NCBI GenBank assembly: GCA_026936335.1
Contig: JAPMXV010000062.1
Span: forward strand, 186,001-250,000
Source of the DNA: Mantamonas sphyraenae STR306
Taxonomy: Eukaryota; Protista; CRuMs
Length of the DNA: 64,000 bases
Direction of reading: 5' to 3'
A program made the position numbers and the translations under genes. Positions within the stretch are counted from its first letter, which is position 1. Every line of letters begins with the position of its first letter. The notes below the pieces were generated by a model. That model was not told the origin of the DNA. It saw only the letters and a list, made by a program, of their open reading frames with translations, and ran no database searches. This document shows, piece after piece, positions 48,033-61,400 of this stretch.

Positions 48033-48964
48033 TCAGCTGCACGCGCACTCGTCCTTGCTCTCGTTGCTGGAGGCTGAATTGCCCACCTTTCCAAGCTGCA
48101 GGCCCTTGCCTGCATTCGAATTGCCGCTTTCAAAGTCGGACTGTAGCACCCGCGAGACGAGGAAGCGAAATGCCTCGTCAATGCCGATGTTGGACAGGGC
48201 AGACGTCTTGAACCAGCCAAGGTAGCCCTCCTTGGCGCAGTACTCGTCCATGAAAATTGCGTCCACAATATGGTCGTCCTCACTGAGGTCACATTTGTTG
48301 GCCAGCAGCACGACGGGGATGGGCTCGTCGTTGGGGAGCAGCACCTTATCGTCGAGGTCTCGCTTCCACTTGCGCACCGCGTCGAAGGACTGCTTGGCGG
48401 TGATGTCAAACACCAGGGCGCAACCCAACCGCTCCGCCGTAATACACGCGTGTCATCATGCCGTACCGCTCCTGACCGGCAATGTCCCATAGCTGGATGC
48501 GCACAAGTGTTTCGCTGTTCCATTCCAGCACCTTCAGCGCAAACGCCACGCCGATAGTCGAATTCGTGTGCCCAAACTTGTTGTGGATGTACCCTGGATG
48601 GTCAGCGTGCCAATTTGGTGCGTGGTGTGAGCAAGTGGACGGGCTGTGAAAGCATGTGAAGGCTCCCCAACAACAAAGAACCTCTGCGCGTGGATTTGAC
48701 ACCACGTACGGTTGATGATGCACGTCTTGCCTGTGTTCACCTCGCCCACCACAATAAACTTGAGCAGATATTCGAGTTCAGCACTCTGGACCGCCAGGTG
48801 GTGCCCTTGTGTCAGAAGGTGCGGCGAATGGTGAGATGGAGGCGAGACTGCGGTCCACGACGAGCAATCGGGAAGCGCAGGCGAGTAGCACGTGTGCCAG
48901 GGTACGAAAGACAAAAGGCAGAGGTGAGGGGTGGAAGGAACGCCAAGTGGCAAACACCCACCAT
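48033..48964 (-). CDS. Rab32/38-family GTPase; ATG-only first exon inferred; apparent frameshift at ~48425
   Basis: GEVNTGKT, WDIAGQERYGMMTRVYY, WK.DLD.KV.LP...PIPVVLLANKCD, GWF.TSA, C-terminal CACS. Confidence 0.88.
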
Positions 48965-49019
48965 GCTGGCTCGGAAGCTTTTGGTTTGCGTTCCCAGGGC
49001 GCGGCAACGAAATTGACCC

Positions 49020-52000
49020 ATGTCGAACAAAACGGTAAGGGGAGAAGGTGAAAGGATAGCTGTGGCAACGCAGTAGGCATGTACAGAGAGCACGAAGCGT
49101 GATAGGATGAAGTGGGGGGCATTCGGCGTGTTCGTCGTCCATTCTCACACGGGAACGCACGCGTGACGAACGGCAGCCGTTGAAAGAGTTAAGCCGGGAG
49201 GATCTGGAGGACAAGGTGAAGAAGCTGGTGGGCGATAAGAAAAAGCTGATGCAAATGTACCGGGCTGTGGAGAAGGAAATGACGCAGTTTGTGGAGCACG
49301 TGCTGCCAAAGGACCAGCTGCCGCAGTCGATTGCACACGCAAAGGCCGAGTCGATGATCCAGGCGTTTGATACGGCTCAGGAGGCACGCACGGGGAGTAG
49401 CGGTGGGGTTTCACAGGGAAGTGGCGACAATGGACGCGAGGTCAAAGGTGAGTGGCAGGCACGAAACGATGGGCGGGGTTCGGGAGGGGAGACACGGACC
49501 GCTGGCAAGGCAGAAGCTGATGCCGACTGACACCACGTGACACGCGCGGCAACTGCGACGTTGACTCATTTGACTGTATTGGGGGGTGGGGGGTGGACTG
49601 TGCAGAGCTGCGAGACAAGGTGGAGGCGCTGGAAATGATGCGAGACACGTTGCAAGCGCAGCAGCGGGCGTTCTTGGAAGAAGAGGATGCCAAGAGCAAG
49701 GCGATGGCCGAAAAGATGGCAGCGTTGGCTGAGGAGAAGGAGGAGGTGGCAGGCATGTTGCAAAAGAAACTGCAGAAGATGACGGAGCGGTGGAACGCAG
49801 CGCAACTGGAGCTGAACGAAGCGAAGCTGCAGCTGCAGCAGTACGAGTCGAGCGGGACAAGCAAGAAGAACGACGGGTTTGCATCGCTGGAAGCAGAGGA
49901 GAAGTCCAAGATGATGAACAATCTGGTGAAGCAGGTGGAAATGGCGAACCAGCAGGCGGAAGAAAGCGAAGAACGACGCAGGAAGCAGGAAAACGAGGTG
50001 GAAGAACTGAAGAAGCAACTGAATGCAGCAGCGAACATGGGCAAAAAGCGCAAAGAGCAGCTGCTTCAGTTCCGGGACTTGCTACTCACAACAGAAAAGG
50101 AACGGGACGAGCTGAAGACTCGTGAACAGAAACTGAGCCAGACGGAACAGATGCTCAACGAGGCACTGAAGACTATGTCCACAAATGCAGAGAAGGAGAG
50201 GGAGGAGGCTGTAGAGAAGGAGAGGGTCAAGACAAAGAAGCTACAAGGGATCATTTTGAAGATGAAGAAGGACTATCGCAGCATGGAAGCAAGGATGAAC
50301 AAAGCAGAGGAGGAGCTTGCTGTGCTCAATGGCGGTGCTGCTGGTGGTGTTGAAGGTTCTCCAAGCACCGAAGCAGATGCAGAGGCTCTTCAAAATGAGA
50401 TTGCTTCGCTGAAAGCACAATTGAAGGAAGAGGCGGAGAGGAGAGAGAACGAGAACAAGGAGAAAGCCGCAGAGGAGGCACATCAAGAGGCCGCTGAGCT
50501 GAGGACACAAATGACAGCACTAGAAGCAGAGTTGAAGAAAGCCCAGGCAGCAGCTGGCGAGGGACAACAAGCTCAGGAAGAGCTGGAGCAACAGCTGAAG
50601 GTGGCACAGGCAGAGGCAGCACAGGGCAAGGAGGCACAGAGTACGCTGGGCAAGCAGCTGAAGGATGCACAGGCAGAAACCGCTGGACTGAACAAGAAGG
50701 TGGCAGCACTGGAGAAGGAACTGCGTGAGACTCAAGGTGCTCTGGAGGACGCTCGTGCCAAGGGAGCATCGAGTGCAAGCGAACTTGAACAGCGTGTTGA
50801 CGAGATGCGTGCTGCTGTGAACAAGGCTGAGGAGGAGAAGAGCGGCGTTGAGAAGCAGCTGAAGGATGCACAGGCAGAGACTGCTGGACTGAACAAGAAT
50901 GTGGCAGCACTGGAGAAGGAACTGAAGAAGGCCCAGGCAGCAGCTGGCGAGGGACAGCAAGCTCAGGAAGAGCTGGCACAGCAGCTGAAGGTGGCTCAGG
51001 CAGAGGCAGCACAGGGCAAGGAGGCACAGGGAACGCTGGGCAAGCAGCTGAAGGATGCACAGGCAGAGACTGCTGGACTGAACAAGAAGGTGGCAGCTCT
51101 GGAGAAGGAACTGAAGAAGGCCCAGGCAGCAGCTGGTGAGGGACAGCAAGCTCAGGAAGAACTGGCACAGCAGCTGAAGGTGGCACAGGCAGAGGCAGCA
51201 CAGGGCAAGGAGGCACAGAGTACGCTGGGCAAGCAGCTGAAGGATGCACAGGCAGAGACCGCTGGACTGAAAAAGAAGGTGGCAGCTCTGGAGAAGGAAC
51301 TGAAGAAGGCCCAGGCAGCAGCTGGCGAGGGACAGCAAGCTCAGGAAGAACTGGCACAGCAGCTGAAGGTGGCTCAGGCAGAGGCAGCACAGGGCAAGGA
51401 GGCACAGAGTACGCTGGGCAAGCAGCTGAAGGATGCACAGGCAGAGACCGCAGACTCAAACAAGAAGGTGGCAGCTCTGGAGAAGGAACTGCGTGAGACT
51501 CAAGTGCTCTGGAGGACGCTCGTGCCAAGGGAGCATCGAGTGCAAGCGAACTTGAACAGCGTGTTGACGAGATGCGTGCTGCTGTGAACAAGGCTGAGGA
51601 GGAGAAGAGCGGCGTTGAGAAGCAGCTGAAGGATGCACTGGCAGAGACGCTGGACTGAACAAGAAGGTGGCAGCACTGAGAAGGCAGACTGAAGAATGCC
51701 CAGGCAGCAGCTGGCGAGGGACAGCAAGCTCAGGAAGAGCTGGCACAGCAGCTGAAGGTGGCTCAGGCAGAGGCAGCACAGGGCAAGGAGGCACAGAGTA
51801 CGCTGGGCAAGCAGCTGAAGGATGCACAGGCAGAGACTGCTGGACTGAACAAGAAGGTGGCAGCACTGGAGAAGGAACTGAAGAAGGCCCAGGCAGCAGC
51901 TGGCGAGGGACAGCAAGCTCAGGAAGAGCTGGAGCAACAGCTGAAGGTGGCACGGGCAGAGGCAGCACAGGGCAAGGAGGCACAGAGTACGCTGGGCAAG

Positions 52001-55000
52001 CAGCTGAAGGATGCACAGGCAGAGACCGCAGAGTCAAACAAGAAGGTGGCAGCACTGGAGAAGGAACTGCGTGAGACTCAAGGTGCTCTGGAGGACGCTC
52101 GTGCCAAGGGAGCATCGAGTGCAAGCGAACTTGAACAGCGTGTTGACGAGATGCGTGCTGCTGTGAACAAGGCTGAGGAGGAGAAGAGCGGCGTTGAGAA
52201 GCAGCTGAAGGATGCACAGGCAGAAACCGCTGGACTGAACAAGAAGGTGGCAGCACTGGAGAAGGAACTGAAGAAGGCCCAGGCAGCAGCTGGCGAGGGA
52301 CAGCAAGCTCAGGAAGAGCTGGAGCAACAGCTGAAGGTGGCACAGGCAGAGGCAGCACAGGGCAAGGAGGCACAGGGAACGCTGGGCAAGCAGCTGAAGG
52401 ATGCACAGGCAGAGACTGCTGGACTGAACAAGAAGGTGGCAGCACTGGAGAAGGAACTGAAGAAGGCCCAGGCAGCAGCTGGCGAGGGACAGCAAGCTCA
52501 GGAAGAGCTGGCACAGCAGCTGAAGGTGGCTCAGGCAGAGGCAGCACAGGGCAAGGAGGCACAGGGAACGCTGGGCAAGCAGCTGAAGGATGCACAGGCA
52601 GAGACTGCTGGACTGAACAAGAAGGTGGCAGCACTGGAGAAGGAACTGAAGAAGGCCCAGGCAGCAGCTGGCGAGGGACAGCAAGCTCAGGAAGAACTGG
52701 CACAGCAGCTGAAGGTGGCTCAGGCAGAGGCAGCACAGGGCAAGGAGGCACAGGGAACGCTGGGCAAGCAGCTGAAGGATGCACAGGCAGAGACTGCTGG
52801 ACTGAACAAGAAGGTGGCAGCACTGGAGAAGGAACTGAAGAAGGCCCAGGCAGCAGCTGGCGAGGGACAGCAAGCTCAGGAAGAGCTGGCACAGCAGCTG
52901 AAGGTGGCACAGGCAGAGGCAACACAGGGCAAGGAGGCACAGAGTACGCTGGGCAAGCAGCTGAAGGATGCACAGGCAGAGACCGCAGGACTGAACAAGA
53001 AGGTGGCAGCACTGGAGAAGGAACTGCGCGTGAGACTCAAGGTGCTCTGGAGGACGCTCGTGCCAAGGGAGCATCGAGTGCAAGCGAACTTGAACAGCGT
53101 GTTGACGAGATGCGTGCTGCTGTGAACAAGGCTGAGGAGGAGAAGAGCGGCGTTGAGAAGCAGCTGAAGGATGCACAGGCAGAGACCGCTGGACTGAACA
53201 AGAAGGTGGCAGCACTGGAGGCAGAGTTGAAAGAATGCCCAGCACAGCAGCAGCTGGCGAGGCAGCACAGCAAGCTCAGGAAGAGCTGGCACAGCAGCTG
53301 AAGGTGGCTCAGAAGGCAGAGGCAGCACAGGGCAAGGAGGCACAGAGTACGCTGGGCAAGCAGCTGAAGGATGCACAGGCAGAGACCGCAGAGTCAAACA
53401 AGAAGGTGGCAGCACTGGAGAAGGAACTGAAGAAGGCCCAGGCAGCAGCTGGTGAGGGACAGAAAGCTCAGGAGGAGCTGGAGCAACAGCTGAAGCAACT
53501 TCAAGAACAGTCTGCAAACCAGAACACCACCGTGGTTGCGTCCCCTGTAGCCGAGGCACATTCAAACACAGAGAGCAAGCTCACAAAGGCCCAAGAAATG
53601 CTATCCAATCTGCAAGAGCAGCTGGAAACGGCGCAAGGAACTCTGTCAACCACAAGTACCGAGCTTGCACAGGCCAACGACACCGTTCAATGGCAAGCTG
53701 AAGAAATTGGCGAACTCAATGAGCAGTTGAAGCAAGCCAAAGCGAACCTGGCGAAAGCAGAAGAGGGATCCAAGGACATGGCCAGGCGTTTCATCCAGGA
53801 TCGCAAAGCCATGGAAAGCAAGGTGAAGGAACTGCAGGAGCAGATCGACAGCCTGGAACAAGCGGGTTCTAAGGACACAGAACCCATCACCCCGCTTCAG
53901 GGTGCAGACAGCGAAGATTTGGAAAAGGCCAAGGAGAAGCTGCAAAAGATGCGTCGCCTGCTGCTCAAGGCCAACAAGCACATCGAAGAACTTCGAGCCG
54001 GCCGCGATCAAAGTGCCGCGCGTATCAAAGAGCTCACGGACATTGTTGCGTCCCTGCAAGAAGCACCGCAAACGTCTGGGGTCAACGCGGAGGAATTGGA
54101 AAGCAGGGTTGCCGAGGAGCGCAAAACGTACGAAACCAAGCTCCGTTCAGCTTACAAGGGCTTCCAAGAGAAGAAAGGCATGCTGGAACGGGAGGTGGAG
54201 GACCTGACGGAGCAGTTGGCCATTGTACAAAAGGAGTTTGATGCGTACAAGGGCCGTGCGCGCATGGCCCTGGAGCAGGTCAAGACGCAGAGCAGTGGAA
54301 CAGAGGGAGATGGGACGCTGAGCAAAGCAGAGGAGCTGCAGTTGGAACTGAACACTGTGAAGCAGCGCAATCACGACCTTCGCATGCTGAACGAAGAACT
54401 TCAGAAGCAAGCAGCGGGATCGGAGGAGATTGCGGAGCAGCTTATGGAAGCCGAGAGCGTCAACAAGAAACTGAGCAGTGAGCAAGAGCAAGTGCGCAAC
54501 ATCTCAAAACGGCAGGTGATGGAGCTGAAGAACAGGTGCGAGCTTTTGATGTTGGAGAAGCAGGACATGGAGGCCAATCATGCAGAGGAACTTCAAACGC
54601 AGACGCGACAGTGGGAGGACAAGGTCGAGGAGTTGCAGACGCAGCTTAACACGTACCGAAACCGCGCGAAGCAGATCATCGAGGACAAGGACAAGCTGAT
54701 TGACGAACTGAAGCGGAACAGCGGCGGAAGCACACGCACAGGCAGCACTGTGGACACCCTGCGTGTGGAGAATACGCGGAGTGCAGGGAGACGTTCTCTT
54801 GACGTGGGACGTGAGGCGGCGCTGCGAAGCAGGCCAACGCCGACCAGGAGCAGCGACGGCGTGATGGCTGCAAATGGTCATCACCAAGTGGCACAAGAGG
54901 ATGGAGCAAACGCCGGCGACAGTGAGGCCAGCAGCAGCAAGGCCAAGGCCAAAGTGGGCAGCGACAGCGGAACTGCTGCTGCGGGCGAGGAACTGAATAG

Positions 55001-55376
55001 CATGGACACGGAGGACGAGTTCATGCAGATGGCCCATCTGCAAGCAGCACGTGACAAGGAATTGGCACAGCACAAGAACCTGATCAAGCGCTTGACGGAT
55101 ATCATTAGGGAGAACGAAGAGGCAGAGAGGTTGCGGACGCAACAGGAAGCAACGCTGCGAGCAGAGATCGAACGGTTGGAGCGGCTGGTTGCTCGAGAGC
55201 AGAACCATGGCGAACATGACCAGCTGGAGTATCTGAAGAACGTGGTGGTGAAGCTGATGCAGACGAACGACGTGGAGAACCTGCTGCCGGTGTTGTCCAC
55301 AATCCTGCAATTTTCCAAGGACGAGATCGCATCGATCGAAGCAGCACGCAGTAAGAAATGGCTGAGTTGGTCGTGA
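49020..55376 (+). CDS. GRIP-domain golgin (GCC88/GCC185-like) with internal tandem array; introns ~49035-49176 and ~49448-49605; several indels within the array
   Basis: Very long coiled coil; C-terminal EYLKNVVVKLM...LLPVLSTILQFS.DE...W GRIP motif; N-terminal LKELSREDL. Confidence 0.85.
50510..53497 (+). repeat. Coding minisatellite: 189-nt (A) and 201-nt (B) units in order A-B-A3-B-A2-B-A4-B-A-A(partial)
   Basis: gaactgaagaaggcccaggcagcagct recurs at 52265, 52454, 52643, 52832; B units (ELRETQGALEDARAKG) at ~50718, 51486, 52064, 53021. Confidence 0.95.
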
Positions 55377-55436
55377 TTGGAACTTGTGAGTGCGTGTGCG
55401 TGTGCAGTGCGTGTTCGAGAGCAAAACAAACCAAAG

Positions 55437-56449
55437 ATGTCGTCGTCAAAAGCAAGCGCACGTTGGGGCATCTTGCGCGATTTCATTCGAAAGTCGGCCA
55501 AGGATGAGGAAGCACAAGAGTCTGTGTCTGTGCGCAGGCACGATGGCTTTGGTCTGTTTGAGCGCCACAGCGAACCAGACGACGAGGAGCCCGGGTATGA
55601 TCAAGTGAGCTTCAGCAGTGCGTTGTTGGACGACGCGGTGCGAGTACGCGTGAAGCGAGCAAGCTCCGTCTCACTGGCAGATTTTGACTACGGGCGCAAG
55701 GTGGATAACACGGGCAACGTGTGCATCTGGCCGGGCGAGGAGATCCTGGCACACTTCCTCCTTGTCAACGCAGACGTCTACCGGTCCAAGAGGGTACTGG
55801 AGCTGGGTGCCGGCATGGCGGGCATTGCTGGTTTGATGCTTTCAGCCTATGTGGACGTTGATATGGTGATTACGGACGGCAACAGCGTGGCCGTGGAGAG
55901 TAAGTGTCAGGGTTTGCCGCGGCAGAACGCGGCGCGCTGCTGACCCTACAGCGACTGACACCCGGCACTGACGTGGGTATAGACTTGCGTGTGTGTGTAT
56001 CTCAGAACGAGTCGCAGTGGAAGGCGGCTGGAAGTAGTGTCAGCTCGTGTGTGCTGCTTTGGGACCGCAACGAAGCGGTTCCGTTGGCACAACAAGATCT
56101 GGACGACGTTGACACTGGGTCGCAACGCGAGGCCGTGCCGCGCTTCGATTACATTGTGGTGGCAGACTGTCTCTTTTTCAAGGAGTTCCACGCAGACTTG
56201 CTGCATGTGCTGAAGCTGTGCCTGGTGAACTCGAGCGAGGCCCGAGTTCAGATCATTGGCCCAAGACGAGGGACCACCCTCCAGCTGTTTGTGGACACTG
56301 TAACCTCGGACGGGAGCTTCACAGCCACATTGGAAGAGGATTTTGACGAAGAAATCAGTGCGAAACACAGCAGGTTTGTGGAGGATGACCCCAAGTACGA
56401 ACCTGATCTGCATCAACCTGTGTTGCTGACTCTCCAATGGGCTGAATGA
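55437..56449 (+). CDS. CAMKMT: Calmodulin-lysine N-methyltransferase; intron ~55900-55982
   Basis: ARW.IL, SVRRH.GFGLF, DNTGNVCIWPGEE, VLELGAGM, ITDGN, ADCLFF, APRRG-like GPRRGTTL. Confidence 0.9.
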
Positions 56450-56525
56450 GTGGAAACAATGAACATCAACGACACAGACACAAACGATGAATTCAAACCC
56501 CAAAGAACTGCATTGTGGCGCCACT

Positions 56526-58377
56526 TTACGTTCGCAGGATGAGAAACTGCGACTGGGCGTTCTCCTTAACAACGACCGTGCGGATGAGGTCGAGCAGCTC
56601 TGCACGATGCTTAGCAAGCCATTTCTTCTTGAGTCCAAACTCCTTGCCGATGGCAGTTGTGAGATCTCGGGGAAGCATGCGGCCGCCGCTCTTGCGCATG
56701 ACCCAACGGATGTCGTCGGCTGTGGGCATGACGCCCTTTTTGCGTGGTCCGTCAACCTTGCGTCGCTTCTTGCGTTGCCTGGCCAATTCGTCGTCTTCGT
56801 CGACCAGAGCATCGTCGTCGCCGCTGTCAACGCCGCTCTGATCGTCGTCTTGCTTGCGTTTGCGCGAGCCTGCACTTGCCCCTGTGAGCATGACCTCGTG
56901 CATGGTGTGCGTGTGCTGTGTGTCTTTTCCCCGAGTGTCCACGTTGAGGTCGCCTGATGCATCGCCGTGGACATTGTCTGTGAGCTTGCGAGCATTCTTC
57001 ACCATCTTGCGCATCCTGCGTTGTTCCTCGTCCATATCGTTTTCGTTGGCCTCGTCCATGACATCGCGTAAAGTATCGGGTACGTTGAAGCCTTCCCCGT
57101 CCTCGTCGTCATCGTCGTCATTGTCATTGTACGGGCTGTCGCGAAGGAATTTGTTATCTTCGGGCTCGTCATCGGAAAGCTGTTCAAACTCCAGGGCGTC
57201 CATGTCACCAAACGTGTCTTGGTTGTCCTCTTCGGGCTTTGCGTCGACGTCGTCGTCATCATAGTCCCACTGGTAGACCACGTTGACCTCCTTCTTGGAC
57301 GACCCCATGCGCGTTGCACTCTCTCGTTCCACCTCCTGCATGAGGGTAAGAGATCGATTGATCTCTTCGTTGACGTCGTCTTCTTCAAGGATGTCTCGCT
57401 CACGCTTCGGACTGGAGCCTTGGACAGGCATGGCCGAGACGGCGACCCCCGTACGTCGTCCATAGGCATCGAGAACATTGCCCCTGCCGTCTGTGACGAC
57501 GCCTTCATCTTGCTCTTTCTTCTCATTGGCGGAGCGCACGGCAGAGGGCTGTCGCATACCCTTGTCGCTCTTCTGCATCTCGTTGATGAGCCGCTCGGCT
57601 TCGTCTGTGTCGATGGCTGTGTACTCGCGCATGCGGTGCACATCGTACCAGTCTGTGATGGGTCGTGCCTGAAAGGTGGTCTGGTCTTCGCTCATGGCAA
57701 TGACCATGTACGCGTCGGGCTGGCCTCCTGTGAACCGTGTGGTGTACCTGTTCCGGCTCTGGTCGTCCTCAATGATCCACGGCTCGCGCTTGATGTCGGT
57801 GATGCTGTAGCCCGATTTCGAAATGCGCTTACGCAACTCAAGCTTGCGCTTGGGATCTGTGGTTTCCTCCAGCTCCTTCTCCCACCGGGCCCGGTTTGTC
57901 TCGAGCAGATCGCGGTTGGACTGCACAGCACGTCCCGAGCGGCCATTGGGACGCAGATGCCATTCTGTGTCAGCATAGAACCACACGGTTGGGACAGTGT
58001 TGCAATGTTGAGGAGTGTGGCGATGGGCACTGCGCTGTGGTATGTCCGTGGCAGGCATGGTGGACGCGAGAAACAACGAGAGGGGAGGACCGGGCGCGGA
58101 GAGCGAACGAAGGACGGAAACGTACAAGGTTGATGCTCTTTTTGTAGCAGTGGACCGGCTGAGGCATGCGTGCAAAGGAGATGTCGTCCTTGGCAGAGGC
58201 GGTCGGAAAGCGAAGGACATAGTAATGGTCTCGGACGGTGATTTCAGTGTTGCCGATGAACTTTGTGTCCACGCGGCCACCCATGATCAGAGGATACTCC
58301 TTGGTGGTTGTTTCTGCTTGACGACTACTGCTCGGGTTGCTTCCGAATCCCTGGGACGATGGATTCGACGAGGACAT
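56526..58377 (-). CDS. GTF2F1: Transcription initiation factor IIF alpha (RAP74/Tfg1); one intron (~58125-57966)
   Basis: PWIIED...Y...F.GG...Y......FQARPITDWY......TAIDTDEAE, acidic linker, C-terminal winged-helix-like segment. Confidence 0.78.
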
Positions 58378-58430
58378 GGTGTGTCGCGTTGGTTCGGCCA
58401 ACGCTTCTTGCAGACGGGCCTTTTTCGAAC

Positions 58431-61400
58431 ATGACAAAAGGGCATTCTGTGCAAACACTTGCAGGGGTCTTGTTAATCGCTGCTGTGTGCATGGTGCATG
58501 CATACAGTAACTTTCCGGGCCTGATTCCGAGTGAGTTGGCAGCTCCGTTTTGTCAATCACGGGGACCGGAGCACTGACACGCTCGTGTGAATTTGATCAC
58601 TCCATCGTCACGTTCGGACGCACAATAGACGGCAACAACGTGCCGGGGTGTGCCGCAATCGGACACACAAACTGTAATGGTGGCGGAACGCGCACTTCGT
58701 TTGGGAACGCGTTTCTAGCTGCTGGCACCACTTGGAGCGTTAGCATGTGCGAAGGCGATGCAGACGGTGACGGAAAGAGCAACGGCGATGAGTTGGGCGA
58801 CGGTTGCTGCCTTGGGGTACGTTTCGGAGAGAAGATCGCAAAGGCGCGAATTTCCCCGGCTCGGACATTAACGCCTCTGCTGGACGACACACACACAGGT
58901 GGGCAACGAGCAATTTACAACGGACATCACCCATCCGGGTCTCGGCGGGTCGACAACATCCCGAGACTCGTGCGTGCTGGCAGGTACGTAGGGTCGTTAT
59001 CGAGCAGGGAAACGGGCGGCGATTTGTCACTGACACACAAAATCCTGTGGGCGTGCACAGCGCCGGCCACACCGGGAGCGCTGACCTTTTCGAGTGTGAC
59101 GGACACGTCGATGACGGTTTCGTGGACATATGGAGCCACACAGTGTGCTTGTGGATGGGTGCTGGTGAGTGTGTGGGCGCGCGCGAGAGGGAAGGAGCCA
59201 AGCACGTCGAGAAACACAAACGGCTCTGACACAGGCCATACGTAAACGCACGATCGACGCAGCAAATGGACGATGGCAACGGAGGTGCATTTACGACGGT
59301 GACGGGAGTGACACGCACCGATCGCAGCAAGACGATCAGCAGCCTGTCGTCAGGGAAAACGTACCAGTTCAAGCTGAAGGCGACAAACCGACATGCTTCT
59401 GACAGCGCCGAGGTGACGGCGTCGCAGGCAACAACTGTGCCGACATCGCCTCCGAACGCACCGGGGAACGCACGTGTGACAGCGACAGGGTTGACTTTTC
59501 TGACGATGGCATGGGATGCGGCGGGAGACAACGGCACACCTGTTCAGCTGTACAACTACGAACTTGCACTGAACGGCCAGCTGTCGTCGCCGCAGGTGAG
59601 CATGAACACGACGGCAGGTGTGCGTGTGGCCAACGTGACTGGTCTGACCAACAACACGGCGTACCAGTTCCGCGTGCGTGCGTACAACACGTGGGGCTTT
59701 GGAGCCTTCAGCACGGTGCTCTCCGTAAACACAAACAACCCGAACGCAGCCGTACCAGACACGCCTGCAACACCCACCGTGTCGTCGCGCACGTCTCGAT
59801 CGGCCGTGCTGACGTGGAGTGCACCGGCAAGCAATGGCGCGTCGATCACATCGTATACGGTGCAGTCGGCAGTCGCGGGAGGCGCGTTTTCGGTTGCCTA
59901 CACGGGTTTGCAGCTGTCCAACAACATCACCGGACTGGCCCGCAACACGCAATACCGATTCCGTGTGCGTGCGACCAACTCGATCGGCGACAGCGCGTTT
60001 TCTGGCGAAGCGACGACGACGACACTTGCTGAAACAGCGAGCGCACCGCAGAACACAGCCGTGTCTGGAATCACACAGACGGGCGCCACTTACACTTGGA
60101 GCAGTCCTAGCGACAACGGCGGATCGCCGGTGACAAGATACGAGGTGGAGCGACGCATGGGCACGGGTGCATGGACACAGGTGCTGAGCACATCGGACAA
60201 CACAACGACGTCTTTCACTGCAAACAACCTGACAGCAAGCACGTCGTACACCATGCGCGTGCGAGCCGTGACATCGGGGGCAGGAAACGGCATGTGGAGC
60301 AGCGAGAGTCAGTTTGAGACGGAGTCTGCGCTGACCCCGACCGTCGGGGCAAACGAGTACAGCACAAGCGCCAAGCTGGCTAACGGGGCCATCACACTGT
60401 CGTGGAAGTTCCTGCAGAGCGATACGGTGATTGAGTTTGCGGTGGTGGCCGAGACGACAGGGTATGCGTGCATTGGGTTTGATCCGGATCCCACCAACGG
60501 CATGAAGAACGTGGACATGTACTTGGGCCGCGTGGACAACGGCGTCACAAGCGTGTTGGACTTGTGGTCGACGGACAAGGTGACGCCGCAGGAGGACACG
60601 GCACAGGGAGGAACGAGCGACGTGCTGGCCAAGGCAGGCTCGCGCAGCGGCAACAAGCTTACGTTCAAGTTCCAGCGCAAGCTGAACACAGGCGACTCGA
60701 AAGACAAGGTGATCAAGAAGGGGCCCATGACACTGGTGTGGGCCATTGGGGCGACACCGTCGAGCACGCCGACGTCATTCTCGAAGCACACCACGCGTGG
60801 CATTGAGGAGGTGAACCTGGCAACAGGAGCCGGCACAGGACCCACAGTGAGCGGTGTCATCGTTGCACACGGTCTGCTGATGTTTGTGGGCTGGCTTGTG
60901 TGTGTGGCAGGTGGAGCCATTCTGGCACGCTTCTTCAAACGCATTGGACACGCGTGGTATGTTCGTCATCGCGCCGTGCAGTCGCTGGGCGTGCTGCTGG
61001 CTGTGGTGGGCTTCTTTGTGGCCGTGCTGGGTGTGGTTGGCACAGGTTCGTCGGCTGTGCACTTTGACGAGCTCCATGGCGTGCTGGGTCTGCTGATTGT
61101 CCTGATGGGCGTGGCACAGCCAATGATTGGAATCTATGCAAACCGCACCTTTGATCCCGAGCGCACAGAGACACCTGTGTGGCCGGACATGGTGCACGCA
61201 GGTGTGGGCTGGTTGGCACTGCTGCTGGCTGTGTTCAACTCGTACACAGGTCTGGTTCTTGCTGGGGTGCCTGCAAGCGATCCAGTGATTGCCATTTTCT
61301 GGGTGTTTATTGCGCTGCTGGTCTGCCTGTGGCTCTTCCTCACCTGGTACAACAAGTCCCATGGCTACGCCATGAATGACAACAAATCGGGAGAGGAGCA

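Noticed and set aside
50510-53497. CRISPR array
   Set aside because: Contiguous coding units of 189/201 nt with no unique spacers, inside a eukaryotic coiled-coil gene; no cas genes
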